64,000 nucleotides of DNA from Octopus sinensis (lineage: Eukaryota). The stretch covers positions 159,588,001-159,652,000 of the forward strand of contig NC_043000.1 in assembly GCF_006345805.1 (NCBI RefSeq). The letters run 5' to 3'. The position numbers and the translations under genes are program-made. Position 1 is the stretch's first letter; the number at the start of each line of letters is the position of its first letter. Below the pieces are notes generated by a model. The model ran no database searches. It was not told the origin of the DNA and saw only the letters and a list, made by a program, of their open reading frames with translations. This document shows positions 39,744 to 52,985 of the stretch, in pieces.

Positions 39744-40374
39744 ATGTTCATGTAAGCTGTGTGTGAGTTTCTCAATACATATCACAAACATCCACCTACA
39801 TGTGGACTATTTAAATACATGTGTATACGTGTTTATAAAATGTGTGTGTACATAAATGTATACACGTTTGTATGTCTATATATATATATATATTTATACA
39901 TACACACATACATACACTAGCACATACTCACACATACAAACACAGAGGCATGTATATACACATGTATGCGAGCACACACAATATATATAGACATGCACAT
40001 GTGGCAAAAACATTAAACTGAAAACAATTGACTGGCAGAGCATGTCGACAGTTGTTGAAATCATCTGGGTATGATGGGGGGAAGTAAGGGTATGGAGGGG
40101 GGTACAGGTGTAGTAAAATGTAATAGGAAGAGGGTGAGGTGGAAAACAAAACAGTAGTGTAAGTCGGAGTCATTGAAGATAAAGGGGAGGAAAGTTGGGT
40201 AAGATAGTGGTTTAGGTGGGAAAAGGGTGGGTCTTTGATTTAGAGAATGCACACCAAATGGAGTGGGAAGTGGAGCCCTAGTGGACTGGAGTGTTAGATC
40301 CTTGGAGGGTGGATCAGTGTTGAGCCTTGAGTAGATTTAGTTGATGAGTTTGGATGGATCAAAGTATTGAATTC

Positions 40375-40791
40375 GTATTTCTTTATTGCCCACAAGGGGC
40401 TAAACATAGAGGGGACAAACATGGACAGACAAAGGGATTAAGTCGATTACATCGACCTCAGTGCCTAACTGGTACTTAATTTATCAGCCCCGAAAGGATG
40501 AAAGGCAAAGTCGACCTCGGCGGAATTTGAACTCAGAATGTAACGGCAGATGAAATACCTATTTCTTTATTACCCACAAGGGGCTAAACATAGAGATAAC
40601 AAACAAGGACATACAAACGGATTAAGTCGATTGTATCAAACCCAGTGCATAACTGGTACTTAATTTATCGACCCCAAAAGGATGAAAGGCAAAGTCGACC
40701 TCGGCAGAATTTGAACTCAGAACATAACGGCAGACGAAATACCGCTAAGCATTTCGTCCGGTGTACTAACGGTTCTGCCAGCTCACCACCT
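40375..40791 (-). mobile_element. SINE family B dimer (one head, two long-tail units)
   Basis: Junction gaaatacctatttc at ~40552; TSD tattgaattc at 40365-40374 and 40792-40801. Confidence 0.9.
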
Positions 40792-41599
40792 TATTGAATT
40801 CTGGGTAGACCAAGATAGTGGGTTTGAATGAATTAAATTGTTGAAGTCTAGGAGGACCGAGGCATTGAGTTAAGATAGATCATAGCTTTGAAGACCGGTT
40901 AAATCAAGGCATTTAGTTTAGACAAGTCAGAGTGTTGGGCTCAGGGTGTTGAGGTTGGATGGATCAGATCAGAATTTTGAGCCCCATCTGAACTAAGGAG
41001 TCAAGGTATTGAACAAGCCCAGTAGGATTGGGGTGATGAGTAAGCTCAGAAGGAAAAGTGACTGAATCAATGAATTTGAATGGCTCAAGCTTGAATCAAG
41101 AAACAAAGCCAATTAATGGATTTGAGTAGACACAAGAAGGAATGTGAGAATGAATTTTAAATATGGAGTCACTGTTGGGTGCTTTTTACTAAAAGTGAAA
41201 GACACTAATCAATTAGAAGTCTTTAGGACCATCACTATTGATAACAACTTATGTGTGACAAAATAAATTACTGGTACATGCAAATGGGCAAGTGAAAAAA
41301 ATATATATATGAATCTGAAAATGAAAAGAAAAACCATAAGAGATGTTTTAGATATGAATTCATGGAAAAAAAAAAATTTCAATAATTTCCATAGCATGGT
41401 TATGATAAGTAAGTTAAAAGGAGATAAAGAAAATTAAGAGTGAGAGCTGAAAACTTCAAAAACTAGGCCATTAACATAGGCCATTCCTTTACAGAATGTT
41501 TCTAATCACTGACAGAGAAAGAAAATGATAGCAATGAAAGAAGATAATGAGGACATGAGAGAGAAAGAGTCATCAAGCGAAAACATGAAAGGCAGCAGA

Positions 41600-42245
41600 A
41601 GAAAGAGTGAGTGAACATGTATGAGTGTGTGTATGGGGGTGTGTGCGTGTGTGTATCAGCATGTGTGTGTGCATGAATGTGTGTGTGGATGTACAAATGT
41701 GTGTGTATGAAGTACATGCATGTGTGCTTTTACAAATGTTTACATGTGTATGAATATATATGTTGGAGGCAAAATGTAACTGATTTAAACCTATCATAAA
41801 TGTGAAAATGTGTGTGTATGTGTGTGCGTGTGTGTAAGCAAAGGTGAGAGTGCAGGTGTGATCAAAGTATGAGTGCATATGTGCATGTGTCAGAGAACAT
41901 ATTGTGCATCTTGTGAGCACCATTGTGTGGATGCAAGTATAACTGACATAGTGAGTGTATGCACATGCATACATGTGAGTGTAGATGTGCATATGTCCAT
42001 AAATGTATATGTGCAATGGGTATACGGCCGTGTGTGTATGCTTGTCTATGTGAATGAAGGATCCATGCACACGCAATGTGATTGTATATGTGTGAGTGAG
42101 CCATGCGATTGGTGTGTATGTGTGCACATTCATGAGTGTGTGTGAGAGTAATGTATGTTGTATATATGCACATTTATGAGCAAAGTGCGAGTGTGTAGGA
42201 GAGCAAAATGTGACCCCACATGTGTGTGAGTGTGTGAGCATGCAT
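41600..42245. repeat. Degenerate TG-rich simple repeat
   Basis: Direct reading. Confidence 0.8.
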
Positions 42246-43023
42246 GCGATATTTATTTACATACATATCCATATTTATCGACGCACTTTACTTATTTATT
42301 TAGCTCTCTGCTTTGTTCCATGCAAGAATTGGAACTTAGCAACATCACAACACTTTGAAGTTGACCAGTTCTAAGAGCTATCCAGTAATGGTATGAACTG
42401 AAATACGGGCATATCACAGAAATGCATACCATGAAGATAATGTGGAATATCAGTTTGTACACTAACAAAGACATAACAGCAGACCAAGTAGTTTGTCAAG
42501 AAAGTCCTAAAGCCTTTAGTATGGGCAATAATTGAGATATCAGAGAGAAGCATGTAGCAAAAGGTGAGGAAGGAGCAAAGATGAGAGTGCAAAAGAAGGA
42601 CAGTGGAAATGGTAAAAGTGAAAGAAGTAGGAAATATGTCATAAGAATGAAAAGATGAAGAGAGAGAGGGTGATAAGATTGTATGATAAGAAGAGAATGA
42701 AAAAGAAGTGGAGGGGAAAAATGTAGAGGATTTAAAATATACGAAGAGAATATGTAAAGGAAAGATTAAAAAGACAAAAGAAAAACAGGAATCAAAGAGT
42801 CTGAACAGAAGCGAATGTAATAAAAGAAAGTGAAGAAAAATACAATAAAAAAAAAGAAAGAAAACTAAAGTCGAAGACTGAAAGCCAAACAAACATCAGG
42901 AAGAAATTGGAACGAGGAAGAAATGACAAAAAATGCGTCAGAAGAAATGGTAATGAAGGAAGCGAAAAAGAAAAGAAACAGGAAAAAAAAACAATTTCAA
43001 ATGTGCTTAAGTAACATGTATTA

Positions 43024-43034
43024 CATGTGTGTGG

Positions 43035-43069
<35 letters not shown>

Positions 43070-43307
43070 TGTGTGTGTGTCTGTGTGTGTGTGTGTGTCT
43101 GTGTGTGTGTTGTGTGTGTGTCTGTGTGTGTGTGTCTGTGTGTGTGTGTCTGTGTGTGTGTGTCTGTGTGTGTGTGTCTGTGTGTGTGTGTCTGTGTGTG
43201 TGTGTCTGTGTGTGTGTGTCTGTGTGTGTGTGTCTGTGTGTGTGTCTGTGTGTGTGTGTCTGTGTGTGTGTCTGTGTGTGTGTCTGTGTGTGTGTGTGTC
43301 TCTGTGT

Positions 43308-43350
<43 letters not shown>

Positions 43351-43405
43351 TGTCTGTGTGTGTGTGTCTGTGTGTGTGTGCCTGTGTGTTGTGTGTGTGT
43401 GTGTG
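43024..43405. repeat. Compound (TG)n/TC microsatellite
   Basis: Direct reading. Confidence 0.95.
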
Positions 43406-43489
43406 CACAAGATGTATTATGTAGGTGGCTGATGTATGTAATTTGCATGTATGAGCAACACATGTAAGTGGATGATGGATCAGAAATAG

Positions 43490-43630
43490 AAAATGGAATT
43501 TACAAGTTTATTTATTGAAACCCACTACAACCGTTTCGGCTCCTCCCACACCTGTGCCTCACAGATGAGATGCTGTACAATCAATTGTCTTGCATCACAG
43601 GTGCAGACTGCATCGTCTCAGGTGACTTTT
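43490..43630 (-). mobile_element. Possible solo Penelope pseudo-LTR relic with hammerhead-like motif
   Basis: gtcac-CUGAGACGA-(long branched fold)-CCGAAAC-ggtt-GUA-gtggg, followed by aataaa. Confidence 0.4.
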
Positions 43631-43898
43631 TAAACAAGTACCTTGTTTTTTCTCCTCGCCATTTCACCTAGTTCTATAACAATAAATATCTCGGTCGCTG
43701 TGGATTTTAGCAGTTCTCATAAGAAACTGAAAATAACTCAAGTGGATGATGTATATTTGAACAATGTGCATTGTATGTATATGTGCAAGTAACATGTAAT
43801 ATGTACATGGTTAACATATGCATGTGTCCATGCATGTGGGAACAATATTATTTATATTGTTCATGTATATTTAGGAAATTGATTATAGATGTGGATAA

Positions 43899-44058
43899 CA
43901 TCATCATCATCATCATCATCATCGTTTAACGTCCGTTTTCCGCGCTAGCATGGGTTGGACGGTTCGACCTGGGTCTGAGACGCCAGGGGCTGCACCAGGC
44001 TCCAGTCTGATCTGGCAGAGTTTCTACAGCTGGATGCCCTTCCTAACGCCAACCACTT
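43899..44058 (-). mobile_element. Family C, 5' truncated
   Basis: (cat)n tail plus family C core. Confidence 0.85.
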
Positions 44059-44104
44059 ACATGTGTATGTAAATATGAGCAGAGTGTAATGTGTATTGCT
44101 GATG

Positions 44105-44250
44105 TACGTATAGGCACAGGCATGGCTGTCTCATAAGAGACTCGCTTCCCAGCCTCATGGTTCCAGGTTCAGTTCTACTGTGTGACACCTTGGGCTGACC
44201 AAAGCTTTGAATTGATTTGGTAGACAGAAACTGAAAGAAATCCATCATGT
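44105..44250 (+). mobile_element. Family A, left arm only
   Basis: accttgggctgaccaaagc...gacagaaactgaaagaa. Confidence 0.65.
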
Positions 44251-44555
44251 ATACATATGAATATATATATATATGCGACCTCGAACCCACAAGAGTAAAC
44301 AAAAGAGACAGAGACAGGCAGAAACAATGAAAATGCCCCTTGTATTTGAACACTAAACAAATATTCTTTTAAAAAAAACTTTTCTTTTAATTTTACTAAA
44401 TTCAATTATTTTAATTGTTACATTTGAAAAAGTCTCAATGACTGAAACCGGTACAGAAATGTGCTTTATAAAATTATTTTAGCATTTTCTATCTTGACTT
44501 TCTTTTTCCATATATATAGATAGATAGATATATGTGTGTGTGTGTGTGTGTGTGT

Positions 44556-44718
44556 ACACTCACGGAGTGGTTGGCATTAGGAAGGGCATCCAGCTGTAGA
44601 AACACTGCCAGATCAGACTCGGCCTGGTGCAGCCTTCTGGCGTCCCAGACCCCAGTTGAACCGTCCAACCCATGCCAGCATGGAAAGCGGACGTTAAATG
44701 ATGATGATGATGATGATG
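44556..44718 (+). mobile_element. Family C, 5' truncated
   Basis: Core plus (gat)n tail. Confidence 0.85.
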
Positions 44719-45149
44719 AATGCAGGCAATGTACAAGTAGCATATATTTAAACATACTTCTGAATGTTTGTATGTAGACATAGGTCCTACTTGTCAGAAA
44801 TACTTTATACATGCTGCTACTGTAAAGTCAAAGTGTGAGCGACATGTTCTATGGGTGAGCGATATGAATTACATTTGTAAGACCTGTATGACTGCAGATT
44901 TCCTTTGATGGGCACAGAGTGAATTTTTGGAGAAATAAAATTGATTGAACTAACCACGTTTTTATTAATTATTGTTTTGTTACCCCACCCCCATTAGAAG
45001 CATGAAACACAAAGAGAGATGTAGAGAAGAGAGAGAGTGTATGTGTGTGCATGCTCATTCATTTACAGAACCACAGCTTTCAAACATTTAATCCAAAATT
45101 TCCTAAATGGAGGTCCTGAAACCCTAGGGTTCCATAAAAGTCACTAGAG

Positions 45150-45400
45150 GTTACTCTCTTTTACTCTTTTACTTGTTTCAGTCATTTGACTGCGGCCATG
45201 CTGGAGCACCGCCTTTAATCGAGCAACTCAACCCTGGGACTTATTCTTTTGTAAGCCCAGTACTTATTCTATCGGTCTCTTTTGCTGAACCGCTAAGTAA
45301 CGGGGACATAAACACACCAGCATCAGTTGTCAAGCAATGCTAGGGGAACAAACACAGACACACAAACACATACACGCATATATATACATATATACGACGG
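45150..45400 (-). mobile_element. Family A, right arm (5' truncated)
   Basis: Family A sequence. Confidence 0.85.
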
Positions 45401-45829
45401 TTCTGAAAAAATATTTATAAATAGGCTCATTATATGCAAATTTTTGAGTCATCTTTGTATTTAACCCTATGTTCTTAATTTTATTATACATGCACAACAT
45501 ATTTGACACACTGGCATTTGTAGAAGCAAGGATCCCCAATGGGAAGAATTAACCCTCAATTGGGGGAATTTGATTTAAATAAGCTCTAAGTTAAACAAAA
45601 ATTTTTAAAACTTCCGTAGATTTAGCACTACCTAACCTTTCAAAGACTTTTTATGATTTATTTAATCTCTTATGAAATTTAACGTTATGAAAGAGAAAGG
45701 ACAGGAACAATTAAGATACTGTAATTTTTATGCAGTGGCTTGCTCAAGCCATCAAAGATCTTTCAAGAATTCCAAAAGAGTGAAAAGATTACAAAATATT
45801 GCTATAGTTAATCTTAACAGAAAATATTT

Positions 45830-46120
45830 CTTTAGCGAGGTCGTTGCCAGTGCTGCTGGACTGGCTCCTGTGCAGGTGGCACATAAAATGCACCATTTGA
45901 GCATGGCCATTGCCAGTACCACCTAACTGGCTCTCATGCTGGTGGCACGTAAAAGCACCCATTACACTCTCAGAGTGGTTGGTGTTAGGAAGGGCATCCA
46001 GCTGTAGAAACTCTGCCAAATCAGATTGGAGTCTGGTGCAGCCATCTGGTTTGCCAGACCTCAGTCAAATCGTCCAACCCACGCTAGCATGGTAAGCAAA
46101 CATTCAACGATGATGATGAT
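45830..46120 (+). mobile_element. Family C
   Basis: Modules, core and (gat)n tail. Confidence 0.85.
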
Positions 46121-46509
46121 TGTAGGACTTAATCTATTTGTTAAACCCCTATGTAATGGAGTTTAATAATAATCATTTTTAGACCACAAATATAAATATG
46201 TACATATCAGTGCATATAGTTACAATATCATTGTGTGGCACTTTGAGCAAGTGTCTTCCACTATAGCCCTGGCTGATCAATGCCTTGTGACTGATTTGGT
46301 AAAGAAACTGAAAGAAGCCTGTTGTGTACGTACAAAGTGTATGCCCACAAATATGTGTTACTGTCTCCCTGACATGACACTGCATAATAGTTGTGAAAGA
46401 TGATATATAGATGTTTTCCATATCTGCCATCTCTAAAGAGTAAGTGGTATTACTCAAACCCTGGCGGAAAGGATTGTTGCTGGAAGGCCATAAGTCTGAC
46501 AACGGGATT

Positions 46510-46920
46510 TGACTCTTGGCTGTGCTTCAGGAAAGAATCTGAAGAGGTTGTCAGAGAAATTCTATGATTCCACCATCCCCAATTTCTGGCCTCCTAATGT
46601 CCTTGATTGGAATCCTATGGATTATTATGTGTGGGGCATAATTGAGAAAGACACCAACCACTCTACCTGCAACACCAAGGCCAAACAGGGGGCCAGGATT
46701 AAGATGTTTGAAGATCTTCCAAGGGACACAGTGAGGCATACATGTGCCAGGTGCCGGAGCTGACTTGAGGCCATGGTGGAAGCAGAGGGTGGCTACTTTG
46801 AGTCAACTGTTATCTCCCAACTATAATCTAGTTGACATCTTGATTTTTTTCAAATACTTTTATTCTTGGATGTGATTTTGTTTTTTTTTTTCATTTATGT
46901 AATCAAATTTAGCTCACCCC
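46510..46920 (+). mobile_element. maT-like Tc1/mariner 3' relic
   Basis: PNFWPPNVLDWNPMDYYVWGIIEKDTN, a WPPxSPDxNPxDYxVW motif. Confidence 0.7.
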
Positions 46921-46928
46921 TCTCTCTC

Positions 46929-46960
<32 letters not shown>

Positions 46961-46974
46961 TGTGTGTATCAGGT

Positions 46975-47370
46975 CACTTTCGAGTGCTACTTGTAACATA
47001 TAACCCAGTACAACCTGTTGTGTGGTCGGGTCGTCGGCGACTAAACCGGCAACCCCACCAAGCTTGCTTGGTGAGGAGGGTGTTTATTGGACACCCTGCG
47101 TGATGAAAAACAAAACACATCAAAGGGCGGAGGAACTCTTGAGAGTCAACGGCCATCCAATAAATGTCTGAAGGCTGTATCATGCGCGGGGACACAGAAA
47201 TAACCGGACTGAATACCTGATCGCGTGGTTAAACCATTGGGAGTGAAGGACTTCTAGCCTTTGTTAAGGCATCCTTCTAGGAGAAGATAACTCAGGTAAC
47301 TGGGATAACTCCAATATAAAACCTGCAGCTCAGTGGTTACTGATGATGTTGACTTGTTCTTCTTTACGGA
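46975..47370 (+). mobile_element. RTE-type 5' UTR-like repeat
   Basis: GC-richer block with gcatccttctaggagaagataactc, resembling RTE 5' UTRs (from recall). Confidence 0.4.
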
Positions 47371-48556
47371 TTATGGCTGCTGTTGCTTAGTGAGTGGGAT
47401 TGACTCAGTGCACAGCCTTTCCTCACTTTAAAAAAAATCTTCTTGCACAGGCATTGCATGATAACAACATTGATTAAGCTTCGTGCAATAGCCATAATCG
47501 ATAACGAGGGGGCAGCCACCATATATATATATATACACATATGCACAGGCATAACTGTGTTGATTACGAAGCTTGCTTCCCAACCATGTGGTCTTGGCTT
47601 CAGTCTCATTGATTGACCTTTGAGCAAGAGTCATCTAATAGAGCTGGAGGTGAACAAAAGCCTTTTGAATGCATCTGGTAGGAAGTAGCAGAAGGAATCT
47701 CATTGTGTGTGTTTGTGTATACCTTTCTCTTGTCAAGACTCATGTTGTGGTTCTAAATGAGTATCATCATCATCATACAAGTGAGATTATTCATTTCCAG
47801 TCTTCTGTGAAAACTGGCCATGGCAGAAAATTACTTAGCTTGGAAACAGGTGAAGGTTGGTGACAGGAAATATATGGAGATGCAGAAATCTGCTGCAACA
47901 AATTCCATCTGCAAGCATGGAAAATCAGAAGTCAAATGAAGATAATGATATATACACGAATGAATGCATATCTGTACAAGAAGAGAAAAATATTCCATCA
48001 AAGAAAAGTCTTTAAACAGTGTCAGTTTAGCTCCAGATTGATAATCTTCGGTAGAGATAAAAAGTTCTCATAAATAGAATGCCAATTCAGTACTTGTAAC
48101 ATTCCAAGATGATCTATCCTCACATCTGTCTGAACTAATGCAAATATGTAAAATTAAATGTACCACCCAAATAAACAACAAAGCAACTGGAAATGAAATT
48201 GAATTCTTGATTTGAAAGCTGATAGTCTAGAGCTACATCTATTCAACCATTCCCTTCCATAAACATGTATAAGCACAAACACATACGCTAGTGGCACACC
48301 GTTATTATGTACATAAGATAATGTGTCATAAAACTGTAATTTTGTTTGTATAAATGTTGAATGTTTAATATTTTACTTACGTTTGAAATTAAAATAAAAC
48401 AAAACTGAAGGAAATATCAAAATACTATCTACTATCAAAATCTCTCATCTTTACTTCAAATATGATTACAAAGAATGCTGAAATCACAGCTTTACAGATA
48501 ATAAAAATATATCAGCGTACATGTGAGTAATATATATATATATATATATATATATC

Positions 48557-49690
48557 TAGGGGGCTGTGAATGAATTGTCGTCTAAATATTGCAAAAATGA
48601 AAATAACACTGACATCTCATTTCAACAGATATATTTGCCAAAATTACATAAAACTATAGACAGTAAAGAGTAAATTTATTCAATAAAATCGCCATTAGCT
48701 TCAACCATAGCCTCCAGATGACTTCAGAATCTCCTGCAAATCTTCTGGATGGTCTCCTTGTTTAAGTTGGTGAATGCTGCCATAATCCTTGCGTTCAGTT
48801 CATCTTTGGTGTTACAAGGAGTTCTGTTGGTCACTTGCTCAACTGTGCCCCACACATAATAAGCAAGGGGGTAGCAGTCTTGCGAGTTAGGTAGCCAGAT
48901 GTAAGTGGTGATGTGGTCGCAGAAATTGTCTGACATCTATGAGTGGGTTCTTCTGCTTGTTTGGCATGGTGCAGGGTCCTGTTGCCAGACATAGGGTCTT
49001 TCAGCAGCCACCCTCTTGACACAGGATAGCAGTACATTCTCCAGGCTCTTGATGTAGGCCTCCATGTTGAGTCTGAGTCCGTGTGGGAAGATGAATAGAG
49101 GCATAATGTTGCCATCACAAGTAAACACTCCAAACACCATAATGTTGACTGGATGTTTGATTTTTATTACTCACGGTACATATTTTGGGGACATGGCAAG
49201 CCAAGGGTTGTTCTATATGTTCACCATCTGATACTGGCAGACTTTTTTCTCATCTGAGACGAGACAAAGCATGTTCGGTTGGAGGGAATGCTTGAACTTA
49301 TTCAAAAGCTTCGTGGTGTGGTCTTTCCTCTTGTTCTTGATGGCTTGGGATAAAAATTGGTACTTACTAATTTTGTATAAGAAATTCCAAAGGTCATCAT
49401 GCACTAACTGCCTGTAAAGAGGTGGCCTGGACCTCACCAACAAATTCAGGAGTACTTTTATCATCAGAACAATCAGTGTGAGATTCCCAAGCGGCCGTAT
49501 CTTTATAATCACTATACGATTCATCCAAATCTTTCTGAATCCTTTCTACTGGTCTCACATTGACACCCAAACACTCTGATATGTTCATATTGAGTAACTG
49601 GTGTGAATGCCAAGAAGCACAGCAGATCATCCATAAATTTGGGCCTGAGTGAATTGCATCATGAAGCTGTCATATTTATACAGAGAAATT
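48557..49690 (-). mobile_element. maT-like transposon relic, degraded transposase
   Basis: MVFGVFTCDG...PYVWQQDPAPCQTSRRT...WLPNSQDCYPLAYYVWG. The 3' terminus is homologous to 56567-56620. Confidence 0.85.
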
Positions 49691-50019
49691 CACCCCAAAG
49701 GAAAGGCAAAAAATTTTAAGCGATTATCTCCCTTACACCGGAAGAAATCACTTATTACCTCCCCTTATCCAGAACTCTTTTCAACATAAACATAACTCTT
49801 CTCAACATAAACATAACGACGTAAGAAATTTGAAAAGCTAAACGCGAAACCGGTCTTTCTTCTAAACTATGTCATTGTAAGAAAAAAATTTATAATATTC
49901 TTCAGACATATTGACTCAAATATATATTTTTTAACCTTTTAAAACAAGCCTTCTGTAGTTTTTTCACTTTTTACTATTTTCTATATATTCAACCACGTGC
50001 TTTCACAAACCAACTTTCT

Positions 50020-50650
50020 TATCTGTATATATATATATATATATATATACATTTGTATATATGTATATATATATATACACATGTGTATATATGTATATAT
50101 ATATATATACACATGTGTATATATGTATATATATATATACACATGTGTATATATCTATATATATATACACATGTGTATATATGTATATATATACACGTGT
50201 ATATATGTATATATATATATATATATACATGTGTATATATATAATATATATATATACATGTGTATATGTATATATATATATATACATGTGTATATATGTA
50301 TATATATATACATGTGTATATATGTATATATATATATACATGTGTATATATGTATATATATATATACATATGTATATATGTATATATATATACATGTGTA
50401 TATATGTATATATGTATATATATGTATATATATATGTATATATATACATGTGTATATATGTATATATATATACATGTTTATATATGTATATATATATACA
50501 TGTTTATATATGTATATATATATACATGTTTATATATGTATATATATATACATGTTTATATATGTATATATATATACATGTTTATATATGTATATATGTA
50601 CATATGCATGTATATATATACATGTGTATATATGTATATATATATACATG
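50020..50650. repeat. AT-rich minisatellite of self-complementary units (TATATACACATGTGTATATA variants)
   Basis: Direct reading. Confidence 0.95.
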
Positions 50651-50653
50651 TTT

Positions 50654-51160
50654 CATCATCATCATCATCAACATCATTTAGCGTCCGTTTTCCATGCTAG
50701 CATGGGTTGGACGGTTCTACTGGGGTCTGTGAAGCCAGAAGGCTTCATCAGGCCCAGTCAAATCTGGCAGTGTTTCTACGGCTGGATGCCTTCCTAACGC
50801 CAACCACTCCGTGAGTGTAGTGGGTGCTTTTTACGTGCCACCCGCACTGGTGCCAGACAGAGCTGGCAAACGGCCACGAACGGATGGTGCTTTTTATGTG
50901 CCACCGGCACGAGGGCCAGGCGAGGCTGGCAATGGACACGAAACGGGGCGGTGCTGGCAACGGTCGCGAAACGGAAAGTTCTCTTTCATGCCACCGGCAC
51001 TGGTAACACATCTGCAATTTCCATTGATCGATTTCCATTGATCGATTTCGATTCTGATCCTCACTTGCCTCAATGGGTCTTCACAACTAGAGTTTCGACA
51101 TGCCACCGGCACTAGTAGCACATCCGCAATTTCCATTGATCGATTTCGATTCTGATCCTC
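50654..51160 (-). mobile_element. Family C, long form with internal duplication
   Basis: (cat)n tail, core and modules; ~50990-51061 is repeated at ~51100-51160. Confidence 0.85.
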
Positions 51161-51269
51161 TTATATATGTATATATATATATATACATGTTTATATATGT
51201 ATATATATACATGTTTATATATGTATATATATACATATGCATATATATATATATACATATGCATGTATA

Positions 51270-51460
51270 TCTCTATATATATAAAACTGAGAATGTGTGT
51301 GTATGTCTGTCTGTCTTTCTGTGTGTTTCCCTAAAACTTGAGAACTACACAACCAATTTCATTCAAATTTTACACATGCTTTACTTAGCGTCCATGTAGT
51401 TTCATGGGCAAAAAAAATGTTCAACCTCTTGCCTAGGGCGAGCCCATAGCAATATCATAT
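51270..51460 (+). mobile_element. Helitron-like 5' end; no 3' end found
   Basis: A|TCTCTATATATATAAAACTGAG followed by a tgtctg-type repeat, as in the other Helitron copies. Confidence 0.5.
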
Positions 51461-52226
51461 CTTCTCCACTATTTCAGTATTATGTGTTAAAGTGAAACAA
51501 AACATTTCTCTATTTTATGCCAGATGCTTTCACTTTAACAATAAAAATAATAATAAAAATTGAATTATATGTAGTAAGTAATAATTAAAATCAAACTAAA
51601 GTATAATATTATTGTAACATAACAAAAGTAAAAATAGCAATTTGTATAAAATTACATCAATGACTTGAACTTGAATCAGTGGTTTCACATGAATGGGAAT
51701 AAATAAAAAATAAAATTTAAGTGCAGAAATGGAATAGTCCAGATGGAGGTGTGCATAGCTTTTACATTAGATTATTTGCTAATTAGCTAGCATTAAGTAT
51801 CTATATGAAGTTTGGCTGTATGTAATGTCTGTTTTCTCGAAAGATGCTTATACTGAGTACCGCTGTTGGTTTATTTCTGATCCATAAAGGCCTATAGCTT
51901 CAACAGAGTACTGCCTTTTGGTTTACCGTAAGGTTTGTTGTTATTATTATTTCTGTTTAACTATTGTTATCACGTTTGCTGGTTCCTCGTAAGGGAGGCG
52001 TTGTTGTGTTGCATTTGTTAAATAATTGTAAACCGTAACCCTCCCCCTTTGGGAGAAGGAGCTTTGGTTATTGTTTAAAAATTGAATTGTGTCCCTGTTT
52101 GGGGAAACTGACAATATTTTCACTGTTTACATGGAAGCATTTTTGTTAAAATGTCTTTGATAGAAGAAAGTCCAAAAATGAATTTCTTTGCAGCCGTCGG
52201 CGGGCGGCAAACTCATTAAAATTAAA

Positions 52227-52592
52227 ATGGAAGAAATACAAACCTATTTCGGATTGATCACCGACAAAGACGGTGAATCAAGGATAACACCACCAAATGA
52301 AATAAAAAAATTAAATTAAAGAAAAGACTATTGCCTATAAAGTATACAATGTAGAGAAAAAAAAAACGATTTGAACACTTAGAGGAAAGCACCATTGAAA
52401 AGTGTCTTGGTGCGACTATGAAAGATATCAAGTATCTAACCAGAGGCGGTAAATTCGCCACAATAGAAGCAAGGTTCGAGTCGACGGAGCATGCAAGGGA
52501 GTACTCAACTCAAACCTTGCAAAGTGGAAATATTTTATTTTTACCTTTATATCTGGGACCTAGGACGTCCCGGATAAAAATTAAAAATGGCC
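52227..52592 (+). pseudogene. Frameshifted LINE ORF1-like fragment (Tx1/L1-like)
   Basis: KVYNVEKKKRFEHLEESTIEKCLGATMKDIKYLTRGGKFATIEARFESTEHAREYSTQTLQSGNILFLPLYLGPRTSRIKIKN; family assignment from recall only. Confidence 0.4.
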
Positions 52593-52659
52593 AATTACAG
52601 TACCGCCTGATTGGCACTCGTTCCAGTGGAATGTTAAAAGAAGCATATCTAAGCATGAT

Positions 52660-52985
52660 CTTTGCCAGGGCCATGGAGTGGCTCCCATGCCAGTGACACG
52701 TGAAAAGCACCATTCAAGTGTGGTCACTGCCAGTGCCACCAGACTGGCTTTCAGGCAGGTAGCATGTAAAAACACCTTTTGAGCATGGTTTTTGCGAGAA
52801 CCGCCTGACTGGCCCTCATGCCGGTGGAACATAAAAAGCACCCACTATATTCTCAGAGTGGTTGGAGTTACGAAGGGCACCCAGCTGTAGAAACTTTGCC
52901 AGAGCAGCCTCTGGCTCACCAGTCTTCAGTCAAACCGTCCAACCCATAACAGCATGGAAAGCAGACATTAAACAATGATGATGAT
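52660..52985 (+). mobile_element. Family C, diverged
   Basis: Modules, core and (gat)n tail. Confidence 0.8.

Noticed and set aside
42792-43467. Long His/Thr- and Cys/Val-rich ORFs
   Set aside because: Translations of the (TG)n microsatellite.
48381-48404. 24-nt minus-strand micro-exon (ttccttcag...AAC|GTAAGT)
   Set aside because: Good splice signals, but the exon is low-complexity and does not chain to a recognisable protein.
49815-49862. Hammerhead 3' half GAAACCGGTC
   Set aside because: No recognisable CUGANGA or adjacent stem I partner.
49997-50797. Ile/Tyr-rich ORFs up to 266 aa
   Set aside because: Translations of the TA-rich minisatellite, which has few stops in several frames.
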